From Eledone cirrhosa (taxonomy: Eukaryota): 64,000 nt of DNA. The notes beneath the pieces were generated by a model. That model worked only from the letters and a program-made list of their open reading frames with translations, did not search any database and was not told the origin of the DNA. A program made the position numbers and the translations under genes. The DNA lies in the NCBI GenBank assembly GCA_964016885.1, contig OZ024740.1, positions 162,006,001 to 162,070,000 of the forward strand, read 5' to 3'. Of the stretch, positions 50,575-64,000 are shown one piece after another. Position 1 is the first letter of the stretch, and each line of letters begins with the position of its first letter.

Positions 50575-51188
50575 TATATATATATATATACATTCACTAA
50601 GCTTATGTCAAATTTAGTTGCCAACTGAACATACATACATAGACACTCACACACAACCATATATACTCATAGATAAGTTAGTATTTTACTGTTAAAAATC
50701 GGCTGTGAAAGTCACATGCAACTTATCTTTAGAGCCTTGCTCTGGGCATGAAATATTAAATAATGAAGTCAAAATATTCTAAACACAAAGGGAGTGGAGC
50801 TTATATACTGCTATATACACACAGACACACACACACACTCACTCACAGAGACACACATATTCAGGCTCTCTTCTGTTGGATACCTCCTGTCAGTTCATCA
50901 AAATTAAGACAATTCTACAGCAAGCCAAATATGTCAATGAGCAAGCATATAAAGAAAAAGCAATTGCTGTGGTAACACCATTCATTTTAAAACTGAAGAA
51001 ATATATTAATTATTTCTACTTTTGGCACAAAGCCAGCCATTTGAAAGGAAGAGGATAGTTAATTAAATCAACACTAGTGCATTACTGGTACTTAATGTTA
51101 TTGACCCCATAAGGACAAAAGGCAAAGCTAACCTTGGCAGGATTTTGACTCAGAATGTAAAGGACTGGAATATAATAATAATAATAAT

Positions 51189-51371
51189 TTTCAAGGATGG
51201 TTAAAGAACATTAGTCCAGCCCCCTTTTTTGGAACATTTCAAAAGGTATGCCTGCTGGGAACAGCAAGAACCCTCCGATATGTCCCGAATATCTGAGGCT
51301 GCAGGTAGCAACTTGATGTTCATTTGAACAAACAAACTTTCCAGTTAAATAACATCAATAACCGAGACTCC

Positions 51372-51372
<1 letters not shown>
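51189..51372 (+). mobile_element. 3' end of R4/Dong-like (REL endonuclease) non-LTR retrotransposon in (TAA)n
   Basis: FQKVCLLGTARTLRYV* resembles the QKxxLLGTAxILRxV C-terminus of R4/Dong/Rex6 ORFs; (TAA)n on both sides. Confidence 0.7.
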
Positions 51373-51416
<44 letters not shown>

Positions 51417-53370
51417 TATAACAACAATAATAATTACAAGAAAAACAACATTAATAATAATAATAATTAAGAAAATTTAGTTTGAATCATAAGGAGAATG
51501 GTTTAATATCTAAGAAGATATGTTCCAATATTCAAGTGCTCTAAAAGAAATATGTTGAATAGCTAAATATCATTTTAACTTTTTCCACCATTGATTTTCA
51601 AATAATCAAGAATTTTGAAGGATTTATTAATATAACTGACTTATTAAGCCTGGAACATAAATTAACAAAGGATCTTACATAAAATTATGATGGAATATGT
51701 TTAGAAGAACATAGACATTTAAAAAAAACAACAACTTATATTGTAAAATCAGGGACAGTTCCAGATGCTTTGGTATTGAAAGGTAGAGAGAAAACTCCCA
51801 AAACATACTTAAAATAAATGAAGCATTAAATAAATAGGGAGAAAAAAAAACAATAGTTTTTTTTCTCTTTCTCTCATACATTCAGAATAATCTCATTATG
51901 AATGAGCTTATTTCACTAACTATCAATAATGAAATTGATTTTTCTGAATAAACAAAATACTACGATTCATTCATAACAAATCTATGTAAAATGTGACTTC
52001 TTAATAAGAAATTGCCAAAATTTTATCACGAACTATGCCTCTGCTTTAAGAGACAATGGAGTAAGAGACCAAGACAAACAGTTTTGTCAGGCAGCAAGTT
52101 ATGAAATAAGCTTGGGAAGAAGATACCACTCCTTACACCTTGCTGCAGTGCAGTGAAAAAGCAAAAGTTCTCCTGGTACAGGCAGGCATGTATTTCGCCA
52201 TAACACCCAAAACCATTCTTTGGAGCACAGTTGAAAAAGGGTGAAGAAGAGGTAGACAAAGAAATACTCGTCTAACAACAGTACAGATTGAACAGTTCTA
52301 AGCATTGCAACCCTTTTTTGCATACAGAGTAGGGAATGCAGTGACAACTGCAGACTGTGAGAACATGTAAAGTGGTACCCCAATGACTGGCTGAATGAGT
52401 CATGATAAGATGACAGAGTAAGAACCCAGCCAGCTAGAGATTAAATTATGCAACTAAAACATTATCAAAATTATCAAATAAAATCAATAATCTTACCAAG
52501 TAAAATGTTTCAAGTTCAAAAAGTCAATAGCCAATATGTAAACAAGCATATGCAAAAAAATAACTGGCTATTATTTAACTTCAAGAAAAGATAAAAGAAG
52601 ATGTTGAAGAAGCAGTTAGTAGCATCATTGGAGTGAAATGAAGACATGGGCTGACAGGTTTCTTTGTCAGAGGAGAAATCTTGAAGTAATAATGAATGTT
52701 AGTATAGATGATAGTAAATAGATAAGTCAGAATCAGAAGAAGAAAACAAACAACAAACCCTAACATGTAATAATAATATCAGGAAATAAATTGTGTGTAA
52801 GCAAATGGTTGGGCAGTGTTGTGGATAAAATGAGGATAATCTGATAAGAAGAAGCTGATCAGTGATTAAGTGGAACATGCTACAAGAACAACAATAACAA
52901 CAAGAACAACAAAAAGGGAATCTTATAGTAAATCCTGAATTGATAACAAAAACAAAAACAAAAAAATAAAGATAAGATAACAATGACATCACAATTGTTT
53001 CTTACCTCTCACGCTCAGAAAAGATTTCTTTTTAAATAATGCATCTTGACACGATCAAGGACCAAGGAGTTATTGCATTTTTGTCATTATGGGATTATAT
53101 TATATAAGAGATATTGGCATTTTCTTCTTATATAAGATTATGAAAAGAATAAAAATCTGTATTTGTTCTGGCTCTCTCACTGAGTTCAAATCCCACTGAG
53201 GTCAACTTTGCCATACATTTTTTTCAGGAACAACAAAATAAAGTACCAGGGCAATGGATTGGCAGAGAGCAGTTTGACAAGATGCCTTGCGCTATTTCTT
53301 CTGGTTTGAGATCAAATCCCACCAATATCAACTTTGTTTTTCACCCTTTCAGCAACAATAAGATAAAATA

Positions 53371-53557
53371 ATTGTTTCTACTTTTGGCACAAGGCCAGCA
53401 ATTACCCCAGTGTATTACTGGTACTTTATTTTATCGACCCCCGTAAGGATGAAAGGCAAAGTTAACCTCGACGGGATTTGAACTCAGAATGGCAAGGGCC
53501 GTAACTCTACGCATCAAAGCATGACGTCCGACCCTCTACCGATACTGCCAATCCACC
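53371..53557 (-). mobile_element. Near full-length Nin/Deu-domain SINE
   Basis: Highly similar to 14803 and 29935; sits among older plus-strand copies (53160-53360, 53580-53750). Confidence 0.9.
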
Positions 53558-56177
53558 GATAATGATTGATGAAAAGTGTTGCAGAATGTTCTGGCTTTCT
53601 GTTCTCTGATTTCAAATGTTGGCAAAGTTAAATTTGCCTTTCGTCCATTAATATAAAAGTGGCCAGTCCAGGGTGGTGGATTAGTAAAGATGCTTTGTAG
53701 CATTTATTCCAGTTCTTTGCATTTTGAGTTTAAATCCTACTGTGGCCTACTTGGGTGCCAGACTTAATCTAGTCCATGGGTTTGAGTGTATTTAACAGAG
53801 TCAATTCTGTTGCAAACACTAAGGCCAGCTTTCCAGTTTGAGGAGACCTTTCTCCCTCCTATAAATCTCAAAGGCCTTTTTGATAAGGGTCATAAGCTCT
53901 GATCTTCCCAACTTGACTAAACGAGAGAGTGAGTGTGTGTATGTGAGAGAGAGAGGGAGAGAGAGAGAGAGGGGAAGAGAGAGAGAATGAGAGAAAGACA
54001 GACAAAGACAGATAGAAAGATGATAAGCAACGAAAAAAAAAAAAGGTTTCTAGTTTCTTTTTAAAAATAGTATTTTACAAATTGTAAATATCTTATTAAT
54101 GATAATAGCAAACTGCTTCTAATTTTTTAATGCTCTTTGTAATGAAATAAATTATCATTAAAAAATTGCAGTAATAAGTTAAGCACATGCATTTAAAAAG
54201 TAAATTAAGTAAAATTCAACATTCATCAAAGTGTGTTAAGGAAGTAATGGTTAAACTGCTTAAATCTTATGGAATAGAAATAGCTTATAAATACATATAA
54301 TGCTAATTATGGACCATACTTTTATTGGATATAGCTCGTTTAAAACATTCTAGAATGGAGTCAGTAATTATAAATAGCTTACAACACAACTAATGTGGAA
54401 TAATAACAGATTTCCATTAACTTTTGCTTATAGGATACACCCACACACACTCTTTCTTTCTCTCTCTCTCTCCGCACAAACATAAAATGAATGAAGTAAA
54501 ATAAATAACAGTTTCTAAAAATGATGAAAAATTATACATATATCCTAAATGGGCACAAGCATGGCTTTGTGGTTGAAATAAGTTTGCTTAACAATTTAAA
54601 GGTTCCAGGTTCAATCCTACTGCACAGCACCTTGGACACATCTGCCATAGGTCTGAGTCGATTGATAACTTGTGAGTGGAATTTGGTAGACAGAAATTAT
54701 ATAGAATCCTATCATATGTGTATGTCCCTTGCTAATTACATATAAGTGAAGAAACAAAAATACTGGGTCTTCAAACAAACATTCCCTTTCCATTCTCACC
54801 ATCAGAAATGCAGTGAACTTGTAACCAACAATGCAATTGTTCACAACTTGTATGATATAAAATTTAAAGAAAATAAAAAATATATCACTTTCTTTTACAA
54901 TGAAATGCCATCATGACAGATTTTAAAAGCCTTTTTGTTGCTATATCTAAAGACACTGTATCTAAAATTAAAATAATTTTTAGAATAATCAAGAGTTTGA
55001 CAGGGTTTAGTAAAATAACCAACTTCCTTATTTATCTCTTACAATATAACTTATGGTTCTTGCTGCTGTGAGTAGGTTATACTTGGTGTCTTGATGAATG
55101 TGTGTGTAATGCGGTAAATAAATATATACATATACACCAGGTCTGAACACAAAGGAACCAAACTTCCACTGTCACAGCCTCTGTCTATCCTGCTCTCCCC
55201 AACTGTCACTATTATGAGCAAATTGGGGCCACAGGCTGGTCACCTCGTGGCCCTGAGATGACTGAAGGTTCTTACATAGAATTGTGATGAAAGATTTTAA
55301 GATGAATATAAACACTTTAAAACCCCAATTTTTCTATCATAAAACCAAGAGTAATTTCAGGCAGTTTAATATCAAAAGGGCTTATTTTTAAATTCTCATA
55401 TTTCATCATCATCGTTTTTACGTCCATTTTTCCATGCTGGCTTGAAATGGAGGACATTTTTAAGACAGTGCTTTATAGCAGGATGTCCTTCTTGACACCA
55501 CCCCTTTTAGTTGCTTTTCTATGACATGCTGGGGTATGGTGTACATAGTCTAAAAACCGGGTTACACCAGAACAATTATTATTTTCTTGATTTTTTTCCT
55601 TTATTTCCTCTACTTCGGGAAGCATTTCCTAAATTCTCTAAACTACATATATATATTAACATTGAAGTTAGAGGAAGGAAAGCAACCCCTCAAAATTGTT
55701 TTTAGCAGAGTCCATTCTATTGCTTAAGTATTCAAACTAGAGATAACCTAATATCTTGATGTGTTGCACTTTACAAACACAGCAACCCTATATGAATTGT
55801 GGTTTCTTCCAACACCCCTACTGCACCTACCACTTTCAGAAGCCCTGCAAAAGGTCATGTGCACTGGTTGCCCTTCCGTCTAAGCCATAAAAAAATATCA
55901 TCTTACACAGACTACATATCATATATTGCATAAATTGGGATGTGGGGGAGGATGCTCAACGTGATTGCTCAACATGCTAAAAATAGCAGCGAAATCTCCT
56001 TCAACTCACACATTCCACACCACTGCTTTAAAAGAAGCAGCAGTGGATAATAGTTATGCTGTATATACGTGTAAAGTTACAGCTTTTTATAAGGGAAAAA
56101 AAAATAATAATCAGGAGCATAAAGCCACATGTGATTTAACTACTGCTTAAGGGGGTTGTCACTAGTAACATATTATA

Positions 56178-57447
56178 TCATAATCTATAAAGCTCAGTGT
56201 GTGGTCAAGCTCCTTCGTTATTGAAATCTACAATATAGAATTTCTTCAATTTACCATTCAGTATTCGAATTAGTTTCGATTGCGTCTTGACGCAGATAAT
56301 TTTTTCAATTTCACCCACAATTACGCAAAAAATAGATAAAACTCAATATTTTACGATTTTTCTGTCATTTAAACTGCTAAACTCTTTCCACTACCATTCA
56401 AAATCTATACAACTTCATACTTTCAGCTACTTTCTCTTTCCAAGCTTGATGGTGATACTGTCCGTATTACTCTGTCATATCATCTGCTTCCCTCTATCTA
56501 CCACTCACACATTTTGCTACTTTCTCTTTTATACTTCAAATTATTACATTTCATACGAAACGACAATTATTCAAAAGCAACAGATACATTTATTCAACAA
56601 GCGATAAATCTTTTTTAAAACCTCTTTTCCAAACGCATACAAACACACACACACTTCAACAACAACAACAATCTGCCTTTTATAGATAATGATAAACAAT
56701 AATATCCTCTATGAGGTCACTAAACCTGCTAGAAACAGCAGCTAACTCTCCCCCATACCACACCCCTCCCTACTGTCTTAAATTTAGAAAACATATCTTC
56801 TATGAGGTCACTAAACCTGCTAGAAACAGCAGCTAACTCTCCCCCATATCACACCACTCCCTACTGTCTTAAATTTAGAAAACACATCCTCTATGAGGTT
56901 ACTAAACCTGCTAGAAACAGCAGCTAACTCTCCCCCATATCACACCCATCCCTACTGTCTTAAATTTAGAAAACATATCTTCTATGAGGTCACTAAACCT
57001 CCTAGAAACAGCAGCTAACTCTCCTCCATATCACACCACTCCCTACTGTCTTAAATTTAGAAAACACATATCCTCTATGAGGTCACTAAACCTGCTAGAA
57101 ACAACAGCTAACTCTCCCTCATATCACAACCCTCCCTACTGTCTTAAATTTAGAAAACACACAGACAACCATGCAGAACAACTCCACCGCAGCTCTGTTG
57201 TTCGGCTGGCATCGTCTACGCGCGTGTTGCGCAAGTACTGTGAAACAATAAATTTCAACACTTTTTTGCACAGAGATAATAACCATAGGCGAAACTACAA
57301 TTGTCACTGCTGGCGCAGCTCATGCTTCCAGGTCTGCAATTCATTCACCCAGTGCCTGGCAGACAAAAAAGTGATGCCATAAAATGGGTGGTGCAACCTA
57401 ACTTTGGTAACTTAATGACCCCGAGCAACGCCGGGCTTTAATGCTAG
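56178..57447 (+). mobile_element. Non-autonomous Helitron carrying a tandem array
   Basis: 5' A|TC at 56178 or 56184 (tctataaagctcagtgtgtg); 3' cccgagcaacgccggg hairpin + CTAG|T at 57444-57448. Confidence 0.85.
56702..57158. repeat. Five-copy 91-bp tandem repeat
   Basis: atgaggt anchor at 56711, 56802, 56893, 56984 and 57077. Confidence 0.97.
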
Positions 57448-59377
57448 TATACATATATACACACACACAGTAATCTTAGATATACTATATGATACAAAAG
57501 ACAGTATAGTAATGACTGGAACATCTTTGGTTATATGTGTGCTTCATCAGAGACCCACAGCACTAGAGATGTAATAATATCACTAAATGTTATTCAGTAA
57601 TAAAGACATTTTAAAGAAATTTTCATCAAAAATTAAAATATACCTGTTGTGTTGCTATTCATAACAGTTACTCGAAAGATATACCATTTAGAAAGTTACA
57701 CTAATACTCCAGTTGTGGTTGTTTAGGAATAAGATCAGCACATAGGAAGAAAATGGTATGACTAAACAATGTCTCAGACATAGAGTGTGGTATAAGGGAA
57801 ATTTGATTGCAATTTCTAGCAAATAAAGGTAACATTGTAAGTGGTGTTATTGCTTAGAAGCTAGCTTGTCATAGTAAAGAGTTTTATCAAACTGTTTATG
57901 GTTTTATGAGCATTATTTAACAGAATCACTAGAGCAGCAAATTAGCTTGATGTATTATTTGTTTAGTTAATAACTTTTACATTTAGAGTTCAAATTCTGC
58001 TGAAGTCAATTTTTTTATTTATTATTCCAAGGTTGATTAAAACGAAATACCAGCAACGTACTGGGGTCAATGTATTTCTCTACCAAAATGTGTATATTAT
58101 ACCTATATTAGAAACCAGCAGTTATACCCAACATTTCCCAAGTTTATTAATACCTAAAATAAAATACAATCACATAAATTCATTTTTTCAATAAAAACAA
58201 ATTAACTATCTTTTTCAATAAAAACTGCTGATCATTGGGGATGTAGACCTATTCAAAATTATTGCATCAAAGTCACCCAGAATATGGCTCAAGTTGAGCT
58301 TCATAAAAACACGCTAATAATATACAAGTATGGAACACAAAGTAAAATTTTACTTTAATTATCTTTATCACTTTCCCAGCTAGCCTGGGTTATATGGATC
58401 ATCACAAGTCAGTACTCAAGCATACCTCATAGACAGACCAGGGATCTACATCTTTCTCACATACATTCCTGCACTCTAATAAATGCTTTGACATGCAGGG
58501 GACATGTATTTCACTTACATACTTCCCCACATTCTACTGAGTGTATTTTACCATGGCAGTCACACAACGGAGGTTGTTTGTTATGTTTTTGACACAACTA
58601 AAAAATCCTCCCATATCACCTGCAGTGTACAATAATACAAATACAACATTATATATGAGATGAGTTTTATGTATTGCATTCGTAATGATATTTCTAATTT
58701 CTAAGCATACAAACAGAAGAAATGTTCAAAGTATGTAAATAGCTCAAAATATAGATGATATTCTACATAATTTAGCACATAACCTACCAACACTTATGAG
58801 CTTCCACTAAATATAACCATTGTTTTGGTTGATACCTCTAACAAATATTTTCTACACAAAAAGAAGCAAAAATTCATGTCCCCAAGAGAATTTTCCAAAA
58901 GCTTAATGCTACACAACTGGCACAAATGAAATATAATGGACATATGTATATAGCTTGTATGCATGTATATAGATATGTATCCACACATATATTGGAGGGC
59001 AGATGAGTGAGTGTATAAAAATAGACATACAAAATATTAGTAAAACAATATACCGAAATTAAACAAAAATCTTTAAAATGGTAAACATGGAGTATTATGG
59101 AAATATAACAAACAAGAATTAGAGAATAAATTATTCTGATATTCACTGTTAGTGTTGAAGTTTTTCAATTAGAGACTATGAATGCTATCATAAGAAAATT
59201 AAGAAAATATAAAAATAAAAAAAGCAAATTAATTCACTGAAACTGGATCAAACTTCCCCAGAGTGAAATCAGTTGAAAAACAAATTGCTTAACCTGTTCC
59301 TATTCTTAACCTATTTCTAATGAAATACATTCATCATCATCTAAAATCCGTTTTCCTTGCTAGCAACAGTTGAACAT

Positions 59378-59720
59378 ATCATCATCACCATCATCATCAT
59401 CATTTTACATCCGCTTTTCCCTGCTTGCAAGGGTGGGACGGGAACTGATTCTGGCTTGATTTCTACAGCTGGATGCCCTTCCTAACACCAACCTCATTTA
59501 CAGTGAGTGCTGGGTGCTTTTTTGCCGTGGCACCTCCACGACCACTTTGCAGTGGAATGATATGGACCCCAGTCCCTATCATCTCTACAGCTGAGTAAAC
59601 TGGAGCAATGTGAAATAAAGTGTCTTGCTCAAGGAAACAACACATCACCCAGTCTGAAAATTGAACTCACAACCTTTCCATTGCAAGGCCAATGCTCTAA
59701 CTACTAAGCCATGTGCCTCC
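59378..59720 (-). mobile_element. tRNA-derived CORE-like SINE with RTE-related tail
   Basis: Reverse complement of the 18183 family, with (GAT)n tail. Confidence 0.92.
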
Positions 59721-60869
59721 ATAGATGATATATATTTATATATTAATTAATAACGATTTTTTAAAGATCTACTAAAATTATTAATTATTTCCTTACTAAG
59801 ATAGTAATTAACATAAAGTTCTCACATAAAATTATATTAAAAGATTTTAATTTGAATAGGAACCCCCTAAAATCGGATAGTTTGTTTCATTGAGTCAGTT
59901 TTGGCTGGGTTGTTATCAAAAAGGTTAAAAGAACATTATTTTGATTGTAGTTAAAATGATGAATTAATTCAACAAATCTCTTTTGAACAAGAAATATTGA
60001 AAAGAGCTCTTGCTCAAAAAGTATTCCATTAAGCAGTCTTTGAGGCAAATTTGACATGAAGGCCATAATTTGAAGATATAAACAATCCATAATGTTGTTT
60101 ATATTCATTTTTCGGTTTTCCTACCAGCATGGAATGGAATTGCTTTTGTGGGTGTTGGAGCAACTATACTCACAGCTAGATGTTCCCTCTATGGATAACT
60201 ACTTAATCATACAGTAGGATTGGACCTATACTCAGACAAACTGAGGCAAGAAGATTATATCAATGGCTGTAGTAAGATCTCAACTTTAGTCTGTAATCCA
60301 CTATTTAAAAGTGGATATAAAAATGTTGATGATGATGATATAATGTAACTAGGACTATGAGTGTATTATGTAACTAGATTTATCTAATATATCCTTCCTT
60401 TTCGAAGATGGAAGAGTATGATTCAAGGGATATTTTGACTGCTGTTTCTAGCATGTTGAATGACCATGTAGAAACTCCCTCATTAGCTTATAAATATTAA
60501 CTTAGAAAAGTGATATAATGTATGTAAAGCATCCAGTTCAGCTGATAACAGACTGCAGCAACAGTACTGTTGGAAAGATGAACAAAAGATGTTTTAAAAG
60601 AGACAATCAAGAAAACCTAGCACATGAGTGACTAGCTCCCTCATTAAGGTACACAAATGGTGTTTACAGACATACCAATTAATGACACCTGTTAGCATAA
60701 GTTGTAAACATAAGCTACATAATTAAGTCATAGAGAGAAGTGCCTTGTCTTACCTTACACTTTCAGTCATTCATTTGAGACATCCAGCCATTCACAACTA
60801 TAAAAACTACACGTGCTGGACTGATATATAATAGCATTACTACACTCTATTTTAGAAATGCTGATGCTG

Positions 60870-61262
60870 AGTTTGAATCTAGGTATAAGGCAAGCTCATT
60901 TAGGAGAAAAGCATAGTTAATCAAATTAACCCTTATACTTGACTGGTACTTATCGACCCTAAAAGGATGAAAGACAAAGGTGACCCCAGCAGGATTTGAA
61001 CTCAGAATGTAAAGAAGCAGAACAAATACTGCAATGTCATTTTGATAATTATTTCTAATAAAGGCACATGACCAGAAATTTTGGGGGAGGGGAAGTCAAT
61101 TAAATTGACTCTAGTTCTTCAGTGGAACTTTATTTTATCGACCCTAGAAGGATGAAAGGCAAAGTTGGCTTCAGTGGGATTTGACCTTAGAATATAAAAA
61201 GCCATAACTAAATGCTACAAAGCATTTTGTTTGATGCTCTAGCAATAATGCCGATCTACTGT
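60870..61262 (-). mobile_element. Two degenerate Nin/Deu-domain SINE copies
   Basis: tcgaccct..aaggatgaaag.caaag...ggatttga..t.agaat blocks. Confidence 0.75.
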
Positions 61263-62415
61263 AGATGTAAATATTAAAACAATTTTCCTCTCTAAAGCTG
61301 AGGTAATAATAAAAAGAAATTGTAATCGTATAAAAATAATTCTCATTTGAGTCTGTGGTTATCTACCTTTCCACACTATGTTAACAAGTAAAATTTATTA
61401 TATATGGAATGTTTAAAAAATGATCCCAGTATCAATAGAGTTGATTATTATCTATGTGAAAATGAAACAAAGGACTGCTTCTTAGTAACAAGTACGAAGA
61501 AAAGGTATGTTGTTTGATGCTACAGCTCATACTTATAAGAAAGAGCCTCTTAGATGTTTTAATGATAGGGGCCACAATGGCAGGATGTAGGATTTGAACT
61601 CAAAATGAAGGACCAGAACAAATATTGAAATTATCCCATCTAAAAATTCTAACAGCGTTGCCACTACACTACACTGGATTGTAATTTCGTTTATTGACCC
61701 TGAAGGGACAAAAATAAAGTTGACCACGGTGAGATTTGAACTAAAAGAAGTAGAAAAATAACCTAACTCTTTCATTACCATATTTCTAATGAATGACACT
61801 GCCTATGATTTTCAAATAATTAAAAAAATAATAAGAAGTTTGGAAGGATTGAGTAAAATAACTAATTTTCTCATTATTAAGTTGGGGGTTGAGACATAAC
61901 AAAGGTTCTTACATAAAACTGAGGGATTGTTTTTAGGTAAAATATAAACACATCAAAACTGTTTTCTATCATAGAACCAAGGTCAGTTTCAAGCAGTTTG
62001 GCACCAAAAGGGGTATTTAAATCCAATACTTTAACAACTCTAACTCTTAAGTAATCCTCAAACAGAATCAACATGACACATGGATAGATTTTAAATTGGG
62101 TGACAGGGTAGTGATTGTAGGTGTTTATTTTCAGTTGTATTTTTAATATGGAAGGCTAAGATGACCATGAATGAGAGTAACCGAACAAAAATGACAATAA
62201 ACATTTACTGACATGGTGGCACCTGTAATTGTGGTTGATGTTAGGCAAGGCATCCAGGTGTAAAAACCCAGGCCAAACTTACAGTCCGGTCAGAGCAAGG
62301 TACGGCATGGGCAACCCTACCCAGACTTGTCCCTTGGCGTGGATGACCCATTTGACCTACGCAAGCATGGAAAAATGGACGTTAAATGGTAAACAATAAT
62401 GATGATATATGTATG

Positions 62416-62451
<36 letters not shown>

Positions 62452-62715
62452 TACCATTCCAAAATGGAACATATGAGCGAGACATGGTCATCTGACATGT
62501 CAAATCTCAGAAAGTGACAACCCATTCAAACCATGCTAGTGTGGAAAAAGCATGTAAAGCAATGATGATGATGATGAGACAAAAAGAAGACAGGAAGAAA
62601 TGATGAACCACACAAGTGGGATGATAAGGAACTACTACAATTAGTGGGGCACTACACTGTAGAAAGTCCATCTTATCCACGCAAGTGTGGAGAAACAGAT
62701 AGATTATTATTAATA

Positions 62716-63188
62716 CTAGCAGAAAAATCACCCTCGGGTGGTTTCTGCTAGCATGTGTAGTGTGTATATTGATATTATACGCATGTAGATATGATACATC
62801 AAATAAAATCATAATTGAAAATATACACAGAAATTGAACAAAGTCTGTGTTACATTGTCTTATGTAATCAGTAACATAATCCATGATACATTAAAAAAAG
62901 ACGATATTATATATAAACTACATTAGGAGAAAATTAGTGACGGAAATATATGAATATTTATTTAAACGATCGCTAACCGGAAGTGTTGACATTTGAAAAT
63001 TTTAAAGAAGTGAATCTTTAAATAAGTAAGTAATAAAATATATTTAATGAACATCCACAAAATTTAGTAGATACATTATGTAATATTCATTCATTATTTA
63101 TTCAAAGTAATCCAACTTATTTTACAAAGGGGATAAAAAATTATAAACCGTTCGCAGTCCCGCACTTATTACTTTATTATAGTTTAGA
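62716..63188 (-). mobile_element. 473-bp non-autonomous Helitron
   Basis: Minus strand 5' A|TCtaaactataataaag at 63188; 3' hairpin accaccc-ga-gggtgat + CTAG|T at 62716; A|T insertion in an (ATT)n tract without TSD. Confidence 0.75.
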
Positions 63189-63202
63189 TTATTATTATGA
63201 TG

Positions 63203-63378
63203 TATCGGTAGAGAGTCGGACACCATGCTTTGCAGCATAGAGTCCTTTATGGTCTGAGTTCAAATCCCGCTGAGGTAACTTTGCTTTCATCCTTACGGGG
63301 TCGATAAAATAAAGTACCAGTAATGCACTAGGTAATTGCTGGCCTTGTGCCAAAAGTAGAAACAATTAATATTATTAT
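63203..63378 (+). mobile_element. Nin/Deu-domain SINE, slightly 5'-truncated
   Basis: gtatcggtagagagtcggac...gagttcaaatccc...ggggtcgataaaataaagtacc...ggccttgtgccaaaagtagaaac(att)n. Confidence 0.9.
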
Positions 63379-64000
63379 GATGATGACTAGAAACAAGAAG
63401 AATTTAAACACACTCAGCTCATATTTCCACCAACTCAATAAGCATTTGTCTAAATCTGAAAGTTACAAAGTGAAATACACTAAAAACCTACTACATTTAA
63501 TGTTAAGCTTATTAAATGTTGCTTTGCATCACAAAAATACAAAATATAAAAGTAAACAAATGTATATAAAAATGACTTAAGTAGGGATTAGCAGGAGGAT
63601 GAATGATAGGCAGATTAAGCTTATCTAACAAACTCTTACATACGTTTTAGGAGAGTAATAGTAGCAAACTTGCCTGAAAAGTACCATAATGTGTGAATTC
63701 AATATTACATACACTACAGAATTGATGTATACAAGGGTAAAGAAGGAGAAGAAAAAAGAGTACTCAATAGAGTGATATAATTTATTAGAAAACGAACTTC
63801 ACAAATCTTTACTACAAGTATGCATACATACATATATGTCCAACCCTTGCTAGCAGGGAAAGCAGGTGTTAAACAATGATGATAAATATATATATATTCT
63901 TCTTCACTCACTTATTCCTGAGAGGGTGGCGGGTACAGAGTCCTCAAACACTCATTCCAGCAGGTCCTGTCAGAAGCAAATCTCCAACTGATTCAGCTGG

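Noticed and set aside
56702-57158. CRISPR-like periodic array and the 132-aa ORF 56984-57382
   Set aside because: Units are identical along their whole length with no unique spacers, there are no cas genes, and the context is eukaryotic; the ORF is a by-product of the repeat.

Overview
AT-rich, CpG-poor eukaryotic intronic or intergenic DNA, dense in (TA)n/(GA)n/(CA)n microsatellites and transposons. The repeat repertoire (tRNA-headed SINEs with Nin/Deu-like and CORE-like domains, RTE LINEs) suggests a mollusc, most likely an octopus; this is inferred, not confirmed by any search. No host protein-coding exon, rRNA, functional tRNA or CRISPR array could be supported. Identified elements: two decayed RTE-clade LINEs whose reverse transcriptase carries an inserted C4HC3 PHD-type finger, plus an older RTE relic; four Helitrons, two of them abutting head-to-tail and one carrying a 5x91-bp array; an internally deleted DD37D/maT transposon; a Penelope-type GIY-YIG relic; an R4/Dong-type LINE tail in (TAA)n; two SINE families; and several MITEs. 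The least obvious signals are short TA-flanked elements with minimal type I hammerhead ribozyme folds (6005-6096, 13096-13152, weaker 17844-17897). There are also palindromes that look like hammerhead stem II + GAAA halves folded back on themselves.
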